Assembly: GCA_964602515.1 (NCBI GenBank)
Contig: CAZRRJ010000004.1
Coordinates: 152,220 to 216,219, forward strand
Direction: 5' to 3'
DNA from: an uncultured Saccharicrinis sp.
GTDB taxonomy: Bacteria > Bacteroidota > Bacteroidia > Bacteroidales > Marinilabiliaceae
Length of the DNA: 64,000 bases
Shown: one piece after another, positions 10,501-19,980 of the stretch
Layout of the letters: the number at the start of each line of letters is the position of its first letter
Position numbering within the stretch: the first letter of the stretch is position 1
Notes under the pieces: model-generated
Database searches by the model: none
What the model saw: the letters and a program-made list of their open reading frames with translations, nothing else
What the model was told of the DNA's origin: nothing
Position numbers and translations under genes: made by a program

Positions 10501-11352
10501 CCATCAGGTGCACAAATACCTCTTGGCAACCTGGTAACAATACAATATACCCGCGGGCCTCAAATGATTAAGAGTGAAGATACGTTCTTAGTAGGGTATG
10601 TCATCTTTGATAAAAAAGAAGGATATGCCGAGGTTGATGTTGTTGAAAATGCACAAGCTTATTTAAAGAAGGAGATGCAGGCTGGCAACTTTATTTTACC
10701 CGCAGGAGTCAGTTACAAGTTCACCGGTAATTACGAAAACCAGGTAAGGGCTACTAATCGCCTGATGATTGTAATACCAATCTCGTTAATCATTATCTTT
10801 CTTATCCTCTATTTTCAGTTCAGATCAGTAATATCCACTACCCTAATCTTCACAGGTATTATAGTGGCCTTGTCGGGTGGTTTTATTATGCTATGGCTCT
10901 ATGCTCAGCCTTGGTTTATGAATGGTACACTGGCGGGTATCAGCCTGCGTAATTTATTCCAGGTTAGCAATATTAACCTTAGTGTGGCCGTTTGGGTAGG
11001 CTTTATTGCTTTATTTGGTGTAGCTACTGATGACGGGGTGCTAATAAGCACATATATTAAACAACTGCAGGATAAAAACAAGCCTAAAACGGTAGCCCAG
11101 GTACGGGCCTTAGTGCTGGAGGCCGGCTCTAAACGTGTGCGCCCGGCTATTATGACCACAGCTACTACTATTATAGCCCTTTTGCCTGTTTTAACTTCTA
11201 CAGGTAAAGGCTCTGATATAATGGTACCTATGGCTATTCCTTTATTTGGCGGTATGACCATTGAGGTGTTAACCATGTTTGTAGTACCCGTTCTGTACAG
11301 TATGTGGCAGGAAAATGTGGTGAAAAGAAACGCAAAACAGATTAATAACTAA
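7546..11352 (+). CDS. CusA/CzcA-family heavy-metal efflux RND permease (long form, 1268 aa)
   Basis: RND architecture throughout, with 12+ TM segments and two large periplasmic loops. Strings such as FMPSLDEGSFLLMPT and GVATDDGVL are typical of the HME-RND family. Confidence 0.9.
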   Translation: MLNKTIRFFLENKLVTFLALIIFTSWGIINSPFGWDTGILPSDPVPVDAIPDIGENQQIVYTEWPGRSPQDIEDQISYPLTTSLLGIPGVKTIRSNSIFGLSSIYIIFDEDVEFYWGRTRILEKLNALPAGTLPNDISPSLGPDATALGQIYWYTLEGRDKDGNPAGGWDPHELRTLQDFHVRYALTAASGVAEVASIGGFVKEYQIDIDPNAMKAHKVNIAQIMAAVKNSNLDIGARTIEFNRAEYLVRALGYIKNLEDLEKSVVVVRNNIPIRLKDVAKINFGPAARRGGLDKGGAEAVGGVVVARYGANPLKAIENLKAKIAEIEPGLPSKTLADGTVSKVSIIPFYDRTGLIKETLGTLEEAISLELLISILVVIVLVFNLRASFLISSLLPIGVLITFITMRRFGVDANIVALSGIAIAIGVMVDVGVVFVENIIRHIELPENEGAKGKQLLNIVYTATTEVAGAVITALSTTIISFLPVFAMESAEGKLFKPLAFTKTFTMLSALIVGLIIIPSLAHLIFSFKIDKKRYQRLGNLILIMAGIVLSIATGNYIAIALSAYGFNGLLAYRWSNANKKWINFITIIITIVVVVFFLTKAWMPLGAQNSLLANFLFVIAIVSSILGGLSLVVVFYPYILNWCLNHKTAFLSIPVFIVLFGITSWQGFNKLFGFMPQYIKDTGTYTYLADKLPGIGKEFMPSLDEGSFLLMPTTMPHSGIEENLEVIRILDKHVNAIPEIETVVGKWGRVNSALDPAPTSMYENVINYKPEYILNEKGHRMRFKVNKEGAFILKDGTTYHPETEAFRLIEKENLLDDKNGEYFRQWRSEIKSPDDIWNAILEKSSIPGLTSAPKLQPISTRLVMLQTGMRAPMGIKVYGPDLNSIEKVGFELEKLLKQVEGVQGMSVFADRVVGKPYLEMEIERDAIARYGLNVKDLQAVIGSAIGGMQLTTTVEGRERFPVRLRYAREFRDNPGDLERILIPTPSGAQIPLGNLVTIQYTRGPQMIKSEDTFLVGYVIFDKKEGYAEVDVVENAQAYLKKEMQAGNFILPAGVSYKFTGNYENQVRATNRLMIVIPISLIIIFLILYFQFRSVISTTLIFTGIIVALSGGFIMLWLYAQPWFMNGTLAGISLRNLFQVSNINLSVAVWVGFIALFGVATDDGVLISTYIKQLQDKNKPKTVAQVRALVLEAGSKRVRPAIMTTATTIIALLPVLTSTGKGSDIMVPMAIPLFGGMTIEVLTMFVVPVLYSMWQENVVKRNAKQINN

Positions 11353-11355
11353 GTC

Positions 11356-12588
11356 ATGATAAGAAAACGATTATACACCGGTATACTCTTGTTAACGCTA
11401 TCTTTTTCGATTGTGGCGCAGGATGAACTGAGGCATTACTTACAGGTGGCCGGGGAGAACAACCCGGGCCTTAAAGCTGCGTTTAATAAATATATGGCAG
11501 CGCTTGAGCAGGCTCCCCAGGTAAGCTCGCTACCTGATCTTCAGCTGGCTTTTGGCTATTTTATACAGCCGGTAGAAACCCGCAACGGGCCACAGGAGTT
11601 TAAATTCTCTGCCAGCCAGATGTTTCCGTGGTTTGGCACTAACAAAGCTAAAGAAAATGCTTCTGTGCAAGCAGCAAAAGCCGAATATGAAGTGTTTGAG
11701 GAAAAACGTTCTAAGTTGTTTAACGAGGTAAAAGCCAATTGGTACAGCCTGTATTTTAACAATAAAGCCATAACTATCTCTTTAGATAATATAGCTATTT
11801 TATATACATTTAAAAAGCTGGTTCTAATAAAGGTTGAAGCCGGACTGGTACCTGCCACTGACCAGTACCGGATAGAGATGGAGATTAACGATCTGGAGAA
11901 CCAGTTGGCCTTGTTGCGCGATAAGCAAAATGTGCTGGAAGTAGCGTTTAATAAGCTACTGAACACCCAGGAATCTATTAATATTGTATTGCCTGGTGAA
12001 CTCTGGGATAACGACTATTATCTGGATAAAGAGGCAACGCTGGATTCTATAAAGATGAAAAATCACCAATTGCTGGGTATTGATTTACAAAAGCAAGCCC
12101 TGGCATATAAAAAGCAAGCTGCAAAAAAAACAGGTGCGCCTGCCTTTAGCCTGGGTATTGATTATGTTGCCATTGGTAGGGGCGATAACAATCTATCGGG
12201 TAAAGATGCCATTGCATTTCCCCGGGTTGGACTTAATATACCACTATATCGCAACAAATATAAAAGTATGGTTCAGGAGGTAGTTTACCTTGAAGTGGCT
12301 AAGGACTATGAGCGGGCCGAAAAAGAAAATATACTGGAGACTTTGTTTGAGAATACATGGAAAGATTATAGTGATGCACACCGCCGCATAAGCCTCTTTG
12401 GTACTCAGCTGACATTGGCACAAAAATCATTAAAGTTAATGGAAACGGAATATGCTTATGCCAATAAAAATTTTGAAGAGATGTTACGTATGGAGCGCCG
12501 GTTGCTAAAATATAACCTAGAGCTTGAAAAGGCCAGAACAGATAAACAGGCAGCCATTGCATTTTTGGATTACCTAATGGGTAAATAA
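11356..12588 (+). CDS. TolC-family outer-membrane efflux protein
   Basis: 410 aa with a signal peptide and a two-repeat coiled-coil/beta-barrel OEP pattern. It starts 3 nt after the RND gene's stop codon. Confidence 0.85.
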   Translation: MIRKRLYTGILLLTLSFSIVAQDELRHYLQVAGENNPGLKAAFNKYMAALEQAPQVSSLPDLQLAFGYFIQPVETRNGPQEFKFSASQMFPWFGTNKAKENASVQAAKAEYEVFEEKRSKLFNEVKANWYSLYFNNKAITISLDNIAILYTFKKLVLIKVEAGLVPATDQYRIEMEINDLENQLALLRDKQNVLEVAFNKLLNTQESINIVLPGELWDNDYYLDKEATLDSIKMKNHQLLGIDLQKQALAYKKQAAKKTGAPAFSLGIDYVAIGRGDNNLSGKDAIAFPRVGLNIPLYRNKYKSMVQEVVYLEVAKDYERAEKENILETLFENTWKDYSDAHRRISLFGTQLTLAQKSLKLMETEYAYANKNFEEMLRMERRLLKYNLELEKARTDKQAAIAFLDYLMGK

Positions 12589-12619
12589 GAAAAGTATTTA
12601 ATGCTTAATAATAACTAAA

Positions 12620-14767
12620 ATGAAAATAATTATTCAGAATATAAAAGACAATTACAAACTAGTAACTGGTGTACTGCTTATTGGTTTGTTTATTGGGTGG
12701 ATTATCTCCCCATCGGAAAGTAACAACAAGGCTAGTGATTCTCATGCCGAACATACGCACGAACAGGAAAAACCCTCTGTATGGACGTGCTCCATGCATC
12801 CGCAAATTAAACAGGATAAACCGGGTTTATGCCCTATTTGTGCTATGGATCTTATCCCACTTACCACTATGAATACCACTATGGATGCTGATCCCAATGA
12901 AATAGTAATGAGCGAAGCAGCAGCTAAACTAGCTGAAATACAAACAACAATAGTTACAAAGGGCACACCACTTAAAGCCATTTATCTGCAAGGTAAGATA
13001 CATGTAGACGAAAGGCGTATAGCGGAGTTAACAGCACGCTTTGGCGGTCGTATTGAAAAGCTTAACATTAACTTTACAGGACAGCATGTGCGAAAAGGCC
13101 AAACACTGGCTACTATTTATTCGCCCGCATTAATTACTACTCAACGCGAACTGATCGAGGCCTATAAAGTAAAAGATAGTAAGCCATCTCTTTACAAAGC
13201 TACAAGAGCTAAACTAAAGGCCTGGAATATACCTGATAAGAAGATTAATGCCATTGAAACTAGCGGTGAGCCTATGGTTAATTTTGATATCCTGTCACCC
13301 ATAACCGGCACGGTAATGATGCGCCAGGTAGCTCTTGGTGATTATGTGAAAGAAGGTACTGCTCTTTTTAAGGTTGTGGACTTGACTAAGGTATGGGCAC
13401 TTTTTGATGCCTATGAAACAGATTTGCCATGGATAAAAACTGGTGATAAGGTACAATTTACATTACCAGCTCTTCCGGGAGAATCATTTGAGGCCAGAGT
13501 ATCTTTTGTTGATCCTGTAATTGATGCTCAAACGCGGGTAGCAAAAGTAAGAGTGGAAGTTAATAATGCTGATTTGCGTATAAAACCAGAAATGTTTACC
13601 AACGCAGTGCTTGAATCGAAAATAGCTAAAGAGCTAAAAGCGGTTTTAATACCTAAAACAGCAGTGTTATGGACCGGTAAGAGAGCAGTGGTATACATTA
13701 AAGTAAAAGATCGAGAAAGTCCTTCTTTCTTATATCGTGAAATAATACTGGGCCCCGAAGCAGGCGCACATTATGTAGTAAAAGAAGGCTTAACAGGAGG
13801 CGAAGAAGTGGCCAGCAACGGGGTATTTAAAATTGATGCTGCCGCACAGTTAGCCGGCCTACCAAGTATGATGAATGCACCCGATAAAAAACACGAGGAG
13901 CAGACATCATTTACAGTGGCTGGTAATTGTGAAATGTGTAAAAACCGGATTGAGAAAGCAGCTCTTTCCATATTTGGTGTGTCAAATGCCATATGGTTGG
14001 CCGATAAACAAACCTTATCTGTTAAGTATAATTCGGAGAAAACCGGGACTGATGTTATACAAAAGGCTGTAGCCACCTCTGGTCATGACACGGAAAAATA
14101 CAAAGCCAGCGATGAAGTGTATAAGAACCTGCCTAACTGCTGCCAGTACGAGCGTTTAGATATAGTAACAACAAAAAAGCACACAGAAGAACACCTACAA
14201 GAATTACATGCCACGTTTACGGTAGCAGGCAATTGTGGTATGTGCAAAGAACGAATTGAAAAAGCGGCTTTGTCAGTTCTGGGCGTTAGTAAAGCCAACT
14301 GGGATGCCGACAAACAGGTGATACATGTTAACTTTTCAAACCAAACAATGGAAGATGCCATTAAAAAAGCAATTGCTACAGCCGGACACGATACGGAGAA
14401 ATACAAAGCCAGCGATGAAGTGTATAATAACCTGCCCAACTGCTGCCAGTACGAGCGTTTAGATATAGTAACAACAAAAAAGCACACAGAAGAACACCTA
14501 CAAGAATTACATGCCACGTTTACGGTAGCAGGCAATTGTGGTATGTGCAAAGAACGAATTGAAAAAGCGGCTTTGTCAGTTCTGGGCGTTAGTAAAGCCA
14601 ACTGGGATGCCGACAAACAGGTGATACATGTTAACTTTTCAAACCAAACAATGGAAGATGCCATTAAAAAAGCAATTGCTACAGCCGGACACGATACGGA
14701 GAAATACAAAGCCAGCGATGAGGTGTATAATAACCTGCATGGCTGCTGCCAGTATAAACGACTTTAA
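12620..14767 (+). CDS. efflux RND periplasmic adaptor (CusB-like) with an N-terminal metal-binding CxxxxxxxxxxxCPxC module and three C-terminal HMA-like modules
   Basis: The N-terminus has WTCSMHPQI..GLCPICAMDL (HMBD/YHS-like), followed by an MFP barrel-sandwich core. The C-terminus carries 3x FTVAGNC(E/G)MCK..IEKAAL...GHDTEKY...Y.NL..CCQY(E/K)RL. Confidence 0.85.
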   Translation: MKIIIQNIKDNYKLVTGVLLIGLFIGWIISPSESNNKASDSHAEHTHEQEKPSVWTCSMHPQIKQDKPGLCPICAMDLIPLTTMNTTMDADPNEIVMSEAAAKLAEIQTTIVTKGTPLKAIYLQGKIHVDERRIAELTARFGGRIEKLNINFTGQHVRKGQTLATIYSPALITTQRELIEAYKVKDSKPSLYKATRAKLKAWNIPDKKINAIETSGEPMVNFDILSPITGTVMMRQVALGDYVKEGTALFKVVDLTKVWALFDAYETDLPWIKTGDKVQFTLPALPGESFEARVSFVDPVIDAQTRVAKVRVEVNNADLRIKPEMFTNAVLESKIAKELKAVLIPKTAVLWTGKRAVVYIKVKDRESPSFLYREIILGPEAGAHYVVKEGLTGGEEVASNGVFKIDAAAQLAGLPSMMNAPDKKHEEQTSFTVAGNCEMCKNRIEKAALSIFGVSNAIWLADKQTLSVKYNSEKTGTDVIQKAVATSGHDTEKYKASDEVYKNLPNCCQYERLDIVTTKKHTEEHLQELHATFTVAGNCGMCKERIEKAALSVLGVSKANWDADKQVIHVNFSNQTMEDAIKKAIATAGHDTEKYKASDEVYNNLPNCCQYERLDIVTTKKHTEEHLQELHATFTVAGNCGMCKERIEKAALSVLGVSKANWDADKQVIHVNFSNQTMEDAIKKAIATAGHDTEKYKASDEVYNNLHGCCQYKRL
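14087..14764 (+). repeat. 303-bp tandem repeat, 2 full units plus a partial third (units 14087-14389 and 14390-14692)
   Basis: By manual alignment there are 4 mismatches in the first ~50 nt of the unit. A run of ~280 nt then has no mismatch between the two copies. The period of 303 nt equals 101 codons, so the repeat is in frame. Confidence 0.95.
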
Positions 14768-15597
14768 CTTAGGTAAATTAAGGTATTAACCTGTGTTTTA
14801 GAAACTGTTTTGTTAATAGGTATGCTTACTAAGCAAAAAGTAGAGTTGGGTTATATCTAAAATAATGTAGGTATAACAGTAGCCCCACCCCTGCATCAAC
14901 ATCGCCCAGTAAGCATACTTATTAACATGAAGTATGGTATTCTCACCTGGATATGACATAATATTTTAACTTAAATCATTAATTACATGACTATTACACT
15001 AAGCCAAATCAAAGCATATCAAGTACTAAAACACCTGAATACAAGGCAAAATGGATTCTATCATAATACTTGTATATTGATACCCTTTTATTTTAGAAGT
15101 TTATATAATTCTATTTCCATAGCTTACAACATTAACTCAGTTCAAATTCGCACCATCCTAAGGTATCTTATGCTTAGGATAGATTATACTTGCCACTTCT
15201 GGATCTAACAAACGTGCCTTACCTGACAACTTCTGAAGGTGCCAGATGATTTTTCCTATCAATACACTTCAATCCCTTGTGGAAAGCCATATTGATAGAA
15301 AAAAAAGAAGTGCAGGGTAGAGTTCTAACTTAGTCACGTTGTCTGTAAAATCAAGTCCTGCTTTTTACATATATATATATTGACTCTTCCTGTTCTTATT
15401 GTCTTGAAATATTGTACGATACCTATAGCTAAGCTAAGTTTTTTCACCTTGTATAAACAAAAAACAACATACGATTATATAATGCAACATACCGTTTTTT
15501 AATATTCTTATGCCCCTCTAAAGGAGGATAGTTAAATTAAAGACAAGAGTACTGTTTGTTTCTCAACTACCTTCTTTTACTGCATTTTTAGCAGTGC

Positions 15598-16377
15598 TTA
15601 TTTTACTTCCTGCATTTGACGAATTTGTTTTAATACCATCTTTTTAGGCATTAGGGGCATTAGAGCCTTCAGCATTTTTTGCGATAATGTTAAGCCTGAA
15701 ACAACATTTAGCTTACCTTTTATCATACCAGTATAGCCTGCAAGTGCAACACTACTTGCACTTGCAGCTTGCTTAAACATATCTGTTTTATTCATTCCCG
15801 ACACTTGTCCGAATTCTGTTTTAGTTGCACCAGGCATAAGGTTAGTAACACTTACATTTGTTCCGCTTAACTCTTCTGCCAAAGCATTGCTAAGCGATGT
15901 AACGTAAGCTTTAGTTGCAAAGTAAACTGCCTGCAAGGGACCGGGAACCAAACTTGCTGTAGAGGATACGTTTAATATTTTACCGCTCTTTTGCTTAATA
16001 AAGTCTGACAGAAATAAATGTGTCAGGGCTGTCAGAGCTACTATATTAAGATTTATCATAGCTATATCTTGCTCCAATGGCCGTTGATGGAACTTACCCA
16101 AGCCTCCAAAACCAGCATTATTAATTAAATAACTAATTTCCAATCCTGCTTCTTTCACCTCATCATAAATAGCTTGTGGAGCACCAGAAAGGCCTAAATC
16201 TTTAGCAATTACCCATACCCGAATATCATATTTCCTTTCCAATTCTTCCTTTAAGGCAATTAGCTTATCTTTACTACGGGCTACAATAATTAAATCGCCG
16301 CCTTTAGCCGCATGTATTTTGGCCAGTTCTCTTCCTATACCTGTTGATGCTCCTGTAATTAACGCAATGGTATTCAT
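15598..16377 (-). CDS. SDR-family oxidoreductase
   Basis: TGASTGIG cofactor motif, NNAG, and the catalytic Y..K (YFATKAY). Confidence 0.9.
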   Translation of the reverse strand: MNTIALITGASTGIGRELAKIHAAKGGDLIIVARSKDKLIALKEELERKYDIRVWVIAKDLGLSGAPQAIYDEVKEAGLEISYLINNAGFGGLGKFHQRPLEQDIAMINLNIVALTALTHLFLSDFIKQKSGKILNVSSTASLVPGPLQAVYFATKAYVTSLSNALAEELSGTNVSVTNLMPGATKTEFGQVSGMNKTDMFKQAASASSVALAGYTGMIKGKLNVVSGLTLSQKMLKALMPLMPKKMVLKQIRQMQEVK

Positions 16378-16453
16378 GTGTTTATTTTTTTAGATAATTG
16401 ACTATTTGACATTTAGACAACTGATACAGAACTATCACAAGTGGAACGTTATT

Positions 16454-16798
16454 TTAGCTTATTAACAGCTTTATTTCCCTACCTACCTGTTGGTTATACT
16501 CAAACGCAAGGTTCTTATGATTAACAAGATCTACAATGGTTCCGATAAAACACAAACCTGCTGTAAAGAAATATAAAAGACCCATTCCAATATGGTTAAT
16601 AAAGAAACGGTGAATACCTGCAAAACCAAAAAATCCAAGTAAAGCTGTTAATAATATCGTTTGTGGGTCTTTACGCCGTCCACGATAAATAACGATAAAA
16701 TTTTGTGCTTGTTCTTCGCTTAAATCCTTTAATAAAGCATCTAAAAAAATAGCTTCTTCTCCTTCAACTTCTGGTAATAAAGTGTAAATTTTATTCAT
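16454..16798 (-). CDS. TM2 domain-containing protein
   Basis: GFAGIHRFFINHIGMGLLYFFT matches the TM2 GxHRFY-type motif between two TM helices. Confidence 0.8.
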   Translation of the reverse strand: MNKIYTLLPEVEGEEAIFLDALLKDLSEEQAQNFIVIYRGRRKDPQTILLTALLGFFGFAGIHRFFINHIGMGLLYFFTAGLCFIGTIVDLVNHKNLAFEYNQQVGREIKLLIS

Positions 16799-16808
16799 AG
16801 CGTTTTAT

Positions 16809-17108
16809 TTAAGTTATAATGTTGATATCTGTTCTCAATAATTTGTAACACCTGTAAAGTAAAACAACAATGCACACTAATGCCAATGGGTGTGCCTGCC
16901 AGGATGCTAAAAACTGCCCGTGAAAAAGGTAAGTAATAGAATGCCCTAAACCACAGCCCGGACAAAAATCAAATCCAAGGTTTTTAAAAATACATAATGT
17001 GTAATGCGTTGTGTTACCGGGTGAAGACAGCGCAAGTGAAACAAGGGCAATTAACCAAAAATAAGCTTCTAAATGGGAATTTCTGTACTTATAGGTTACT
17101 CGTTTCAC
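16809..17108 (-). CDS. DUF2752-like membrane protein
   Basis: CIFKNLGFDFCPGCGLGHS motif. GTG start at 17108. Adjacent to the TM2 gene, a commonly seen pairing. Confidence 0.65.
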   Translation of the reverse strand: MKRVTYKYRNSHLEAYFWLIALVSLALSSPGNTTHYTLCIFKNLGFDFCPGCGLGHSITYLFHGQFLASWQAHPLALVCIVVLLYRCYKLLRTDINIIT

Positions 17109-17253
17109 TCTTCATCCTGTTGCAATAATTCAAATGTAATCATTTTTCTTAAACTTCAGATGTTCTCTTCAGTTCAAACAATGTAGCAATTATTTATTCA
17201 TTAAAAAAGCCCTGAATTTATATTTCAGAGCTTTTTTTAAAGTTATTTATGCT

Positions 17254-18612
17254 TTATTCTTTTATCCAGTTGTCGTACTTAAAATCACAATTAACCCACT
17301 TTTTATTAATTGTAATGTAGGTTTCTTTTTGCTTTGTTTTTATCCAATTATCTAATGTTTCTGACCGTTTGCTATTTTCTAACATGCCTTGTAGCATTTG
17401 ATAATCATCTTTTAAATTAGCTTTATGCGGATCTGCTTTTTTCTTTAGTTTAATCAAGCAAAAGCTCTCTTTTCCTTTTCTCTCGTCCAACATAAAAAAT
17501 GCATCCGACACTGCCCCTTCTTGCATTTTCTGAATTTGCTTGTTAATAGCAACTGGTATCTGGGCAATTTCAAACTTAGAGGTTCCAGTTTGTGGGTTTA
17601 CCATTAAACCGCCACTAGTTCGCGAATCCTTATCCATTGAAAACCGGAGTGCAGCTTCTTCAAAGGACATGGCCTCATCCATAATTAATCCACGAATCGT
17701 ATCCAAACTGGCCTTGGCCTCATCACGCGCCTCTTGCCCTACTTTTGGTTTAATTAAAATATGTCTACAATTAATACGTTCGCCTTTCCGGTCAATTAAC
17801 TGGATAATATGGTATCCAAATTCTGTCTCCACAATCTTTGATACTTTATTCTTATCCTGAAGGTTAAAAGCCACACTGGCAAATTCAGGAACAAGCCCAG
17901 AACGTGGTATCCAACCTAATTCTCCACCTCGTTTTGCCGATTCTTTATCTTCAGAGTAAAGTACTGCCAAGGTTGCAAAGTCACGCCCTTCATTAATCTG
18001 CTTTTGAAAACTACGCAGTTGCGATTTAACACGATCAATCTCTTTCTGATCAATCTTCGGGTAAACCACTATTTGTTGTAACTCATACTGGGTAGGCACC
18101 ATCGGAAGACTGTCTTTTGGTAAATTGCGATAATAAGCTCGAATATCAGATGGTGTTACATTAATACCCTTGGTTATTTCCTGTTGCATACGCTGTGTAA
18201 GCATTTGAGTACGCACCATCTCCATCTGGTCACGCTTAATCTGTAACAATGATTTATTAAAATATTCTTCTAGTTTTTCTTTATCTCCAATCTGCGATAT
18301 AAAATAATTAATACGCTGATCGACCTGATTAACAACCTCATTCTCGCTTACTTCAACACTATCCAACTTAGCTTGATTTAAAAGCAACTTACTTATTAGT
18401 TGTTGTTCAAACAAATGACATTTTAAATCGCCGGTATAATTAACTCCTTCAACCAAAGCCTGCTCATACTGGTGCTCAATATCAGACTTAAGTATAGCAT
18501 TATCACCAACTACGGCAATAACTTCATCAATCACATTATCCTGGGCTATTAAGGTATGGCTTGATAAAACAAGCATTAAAATGAATGAATTTATTTTAAT
18601 GAATTTCTTCAT
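17254..18612 (-). CDS. SurA-like periplasmic chaperone / parvulin-type peptidyl-prolyl isomerase
   Basis: Signal peptide from the ATG at 18612 (MKKFIKINSFILML..), a SurA_N-like region and a PpiC domain (..FGYHIIQL.., HILIKP). Confidence 0.8.
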   Translation of the reverse strand: MKKFIKINSFILMLVLSSHTLIAQDNVIDEVIAVVGDNAILKSDIEHQYEQALVEGVNYTGDLKCHLFEQQLISKLLLNQAKLDSVEVSENEVVNQVDQRINYFISQIGDKEKLEEYFNKSLLQIKRDQMEMVRTQMLTQRMQQEITKGINVTPSDIRAYYRNLPKDSLPMVPTQYELQQIVVYPKIDQKEIDRVKSQLRSFQKQINEGRDFATLAVLYSEDKESAKRGGELGWIPRSGLVPEFASVAFNLQDKNKVSKIVETEFGYHIIQLIDRKGERINCRHILIKPKVGQEARDEAKASLDTIRGLIMDEAMSFEEAALRFSMDKDSRTSGGLMVNPQTGTSKFEIAQIPVAINKQIQKMQEGAVSDAFFMLDERKGKESFCLIKLKKKADPHKANLKDDYQMLQGMLENSKRSETLDNWIKTKQKETYITINKKWVNCDFKYDNWIKE

Positions 18613-19068
18613 GCTTACAATTTTGTATAATTCTTTTCTTTTGTGCCACATTTGATGATCAAAGTATTTTATCTCTCCTTTTTTTTCTCATCTCTTCATA
18701 GCAAATGCAAACCTACATAAATTTTTCATGCTATTGAATACCTTAACACATGAAACAAGCATGTAATACCAAATTAACCACTGTATGTAGTATATTAAAT
18801 TAGTCCTTTTTCGTTTCTTCTACTCAAAAAGTGTACAGTAACGATAGGTAATCTACTTTTTTGTCTTGTACAACAAAAATAATCGACTATTTAATGCAAT
18901 ATGCCGTCATTAAGTTGGCAACAAATTATCTCTCAAGAAAATAATTGAAATTAAGGGTTCAAAATGACCTTAAAAAACACACTATAATTATATTGGGAAC
19001 ACTGGTAATGTATTAGCTTTAAGTATTACGATATATATAACTTTAAAGCGCATATTTCAAAATATTAA

Positions 19069-19929
19069 TTAATAGAAGCTAATACTTTTGTTTCTTAAAG
19101 CTTCCTCATATAAATCTGATTCTAATTGTTTTATAAACTCCTGTCGTTTTTTATTAAGCAGGATAGCTCTAATCTTCTTCTCTACAAATTCCAGTGGAGC
19201 AACATCGGCAGGAAGTTTATAATCATTAATGGATAAGAAATAATTATTTATTGAATCAGATGTTTCATAATAGGTGTTGTTTCGCAGATAGCGTTCTGCC
19301 TTTGTTATATTGTCGGGCAGGTTGCTGTTAATTTCACTTATTGATAACCAATGATCGAGAAAGACTTCATATTTTTTTGCATTTTGAAAACAATAGGCTT
19401 CCAGCTTTATAATGTCTTCTGAATTATTAGAACGATACAATTGTTTTAACTCATTGATATTTGGCGCTGTTTTTGGCACAACCACAAATATGCCTTTCAT
19501 TATTGGTTCCGATAATTTAAAGTTATCAATCATCCTTGTATAATAGGCGTTGATTTCTGAACCTGTTATTAAAGGGCTGTATTTTTGTGCCAGTAGCTTC
19601 TGTTGATATTGATGTATGAGTAGCGAACGGTGATATTCTTCAAGTAAATGCTGAACATCCTTTTCCTCAGGTGTTAAATTCAACTCAGCTTTATTTAAGA
19701 GCAACTCTGATTTTATCCAACGATTGATATAGTCTTGGGCAAAGATAGCACTATCATTCTCTGTTAAGCTGTTCGGTACAGCTTTATAAACCATTCCTTT
19801 AGTAAGGTTCTTATCATTGATTCTAACCAATGGTTCTTGGTCTGGGCTATTGTTAACAGTATTACATGCAACAAAAGGTATTAGAATCATCATGTAAGCG
19901 ACCAGGTATAAATAGTATACTTGCTTCAT
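19069..19929 (-). CDS. hypothetical lipoprotein, SurA-N-like chaperone domain without a PPIase domain
   Basis: 286 aa with a lipobox ..PFVAC. Its helical content resembles the N-terminal chaperone modules of its two neighbours. Confidence 0.45.
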   Translation of the reverse strand: MKQVYYLYLVAYMMILIPFVACNTVNNSPDQEPLVRINDKNLTKGMVYKAVPNSLTENDSAIFAQDYINRWIKSELLLNKAELNLTPEEKDVQHLLEEYHRSLLIHQYQQKLLAQKYSPLITGSEINAYYTRMIDNFKLSEPIMKGIFVVVPKTAPNINELKQLYRSNNSEDIIKLEAYCFQNAKKYEVFLDHWLSISEINSNLPDNITKAERYLRNNTYYETSDSINNYFLSINDYKLPADVAPLEFVEKKIRAILLNKKRQEFIKQLESDLYEEALRNKSISFY

Positions 19930-19980
19930 TTATAAGTTAAATCGGTTATTGAACAGACATTAAAAGTATATTATTAAGTG

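Noticed and set aside
8592-11276. Several 116-157-aa minus-strand ORFs inside the RND permease gene (8592-9065, 9942-10292, 10905-11276)
   Set aside because: They are antisense shadows of a long, clearly real gene. Composition is low-complexity and they have no independent signals.
14083-14709. 208-aa minus-strand ORF with an internally repeated sequence
   Set aside because: It lies entirely antisense to the adaptor gene, inside the 303-bp tandem repeat. Its repetition and openness are by-products of the sense-strand repeat. It has no motifs and Cys/Ser-rich junk composition.
14087-14764. Regular repeats as a possible CRISPR array
   Set aside because: The period is 303 bp, the units are contiguous and in frame inside a gene, and there are no short repeat/spacer units. 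No CRISPR-like array is visible anywhere in the window.
14987-15208. 73-aa ORF in the spacer after the efflux operon
   Set aside because: AT-rich junk composition, with no start context and no motif.
15369-15380. (AT)6 microsatellite
   Set aside because: Short and expected by chance in AT-rich intergenic DNA.
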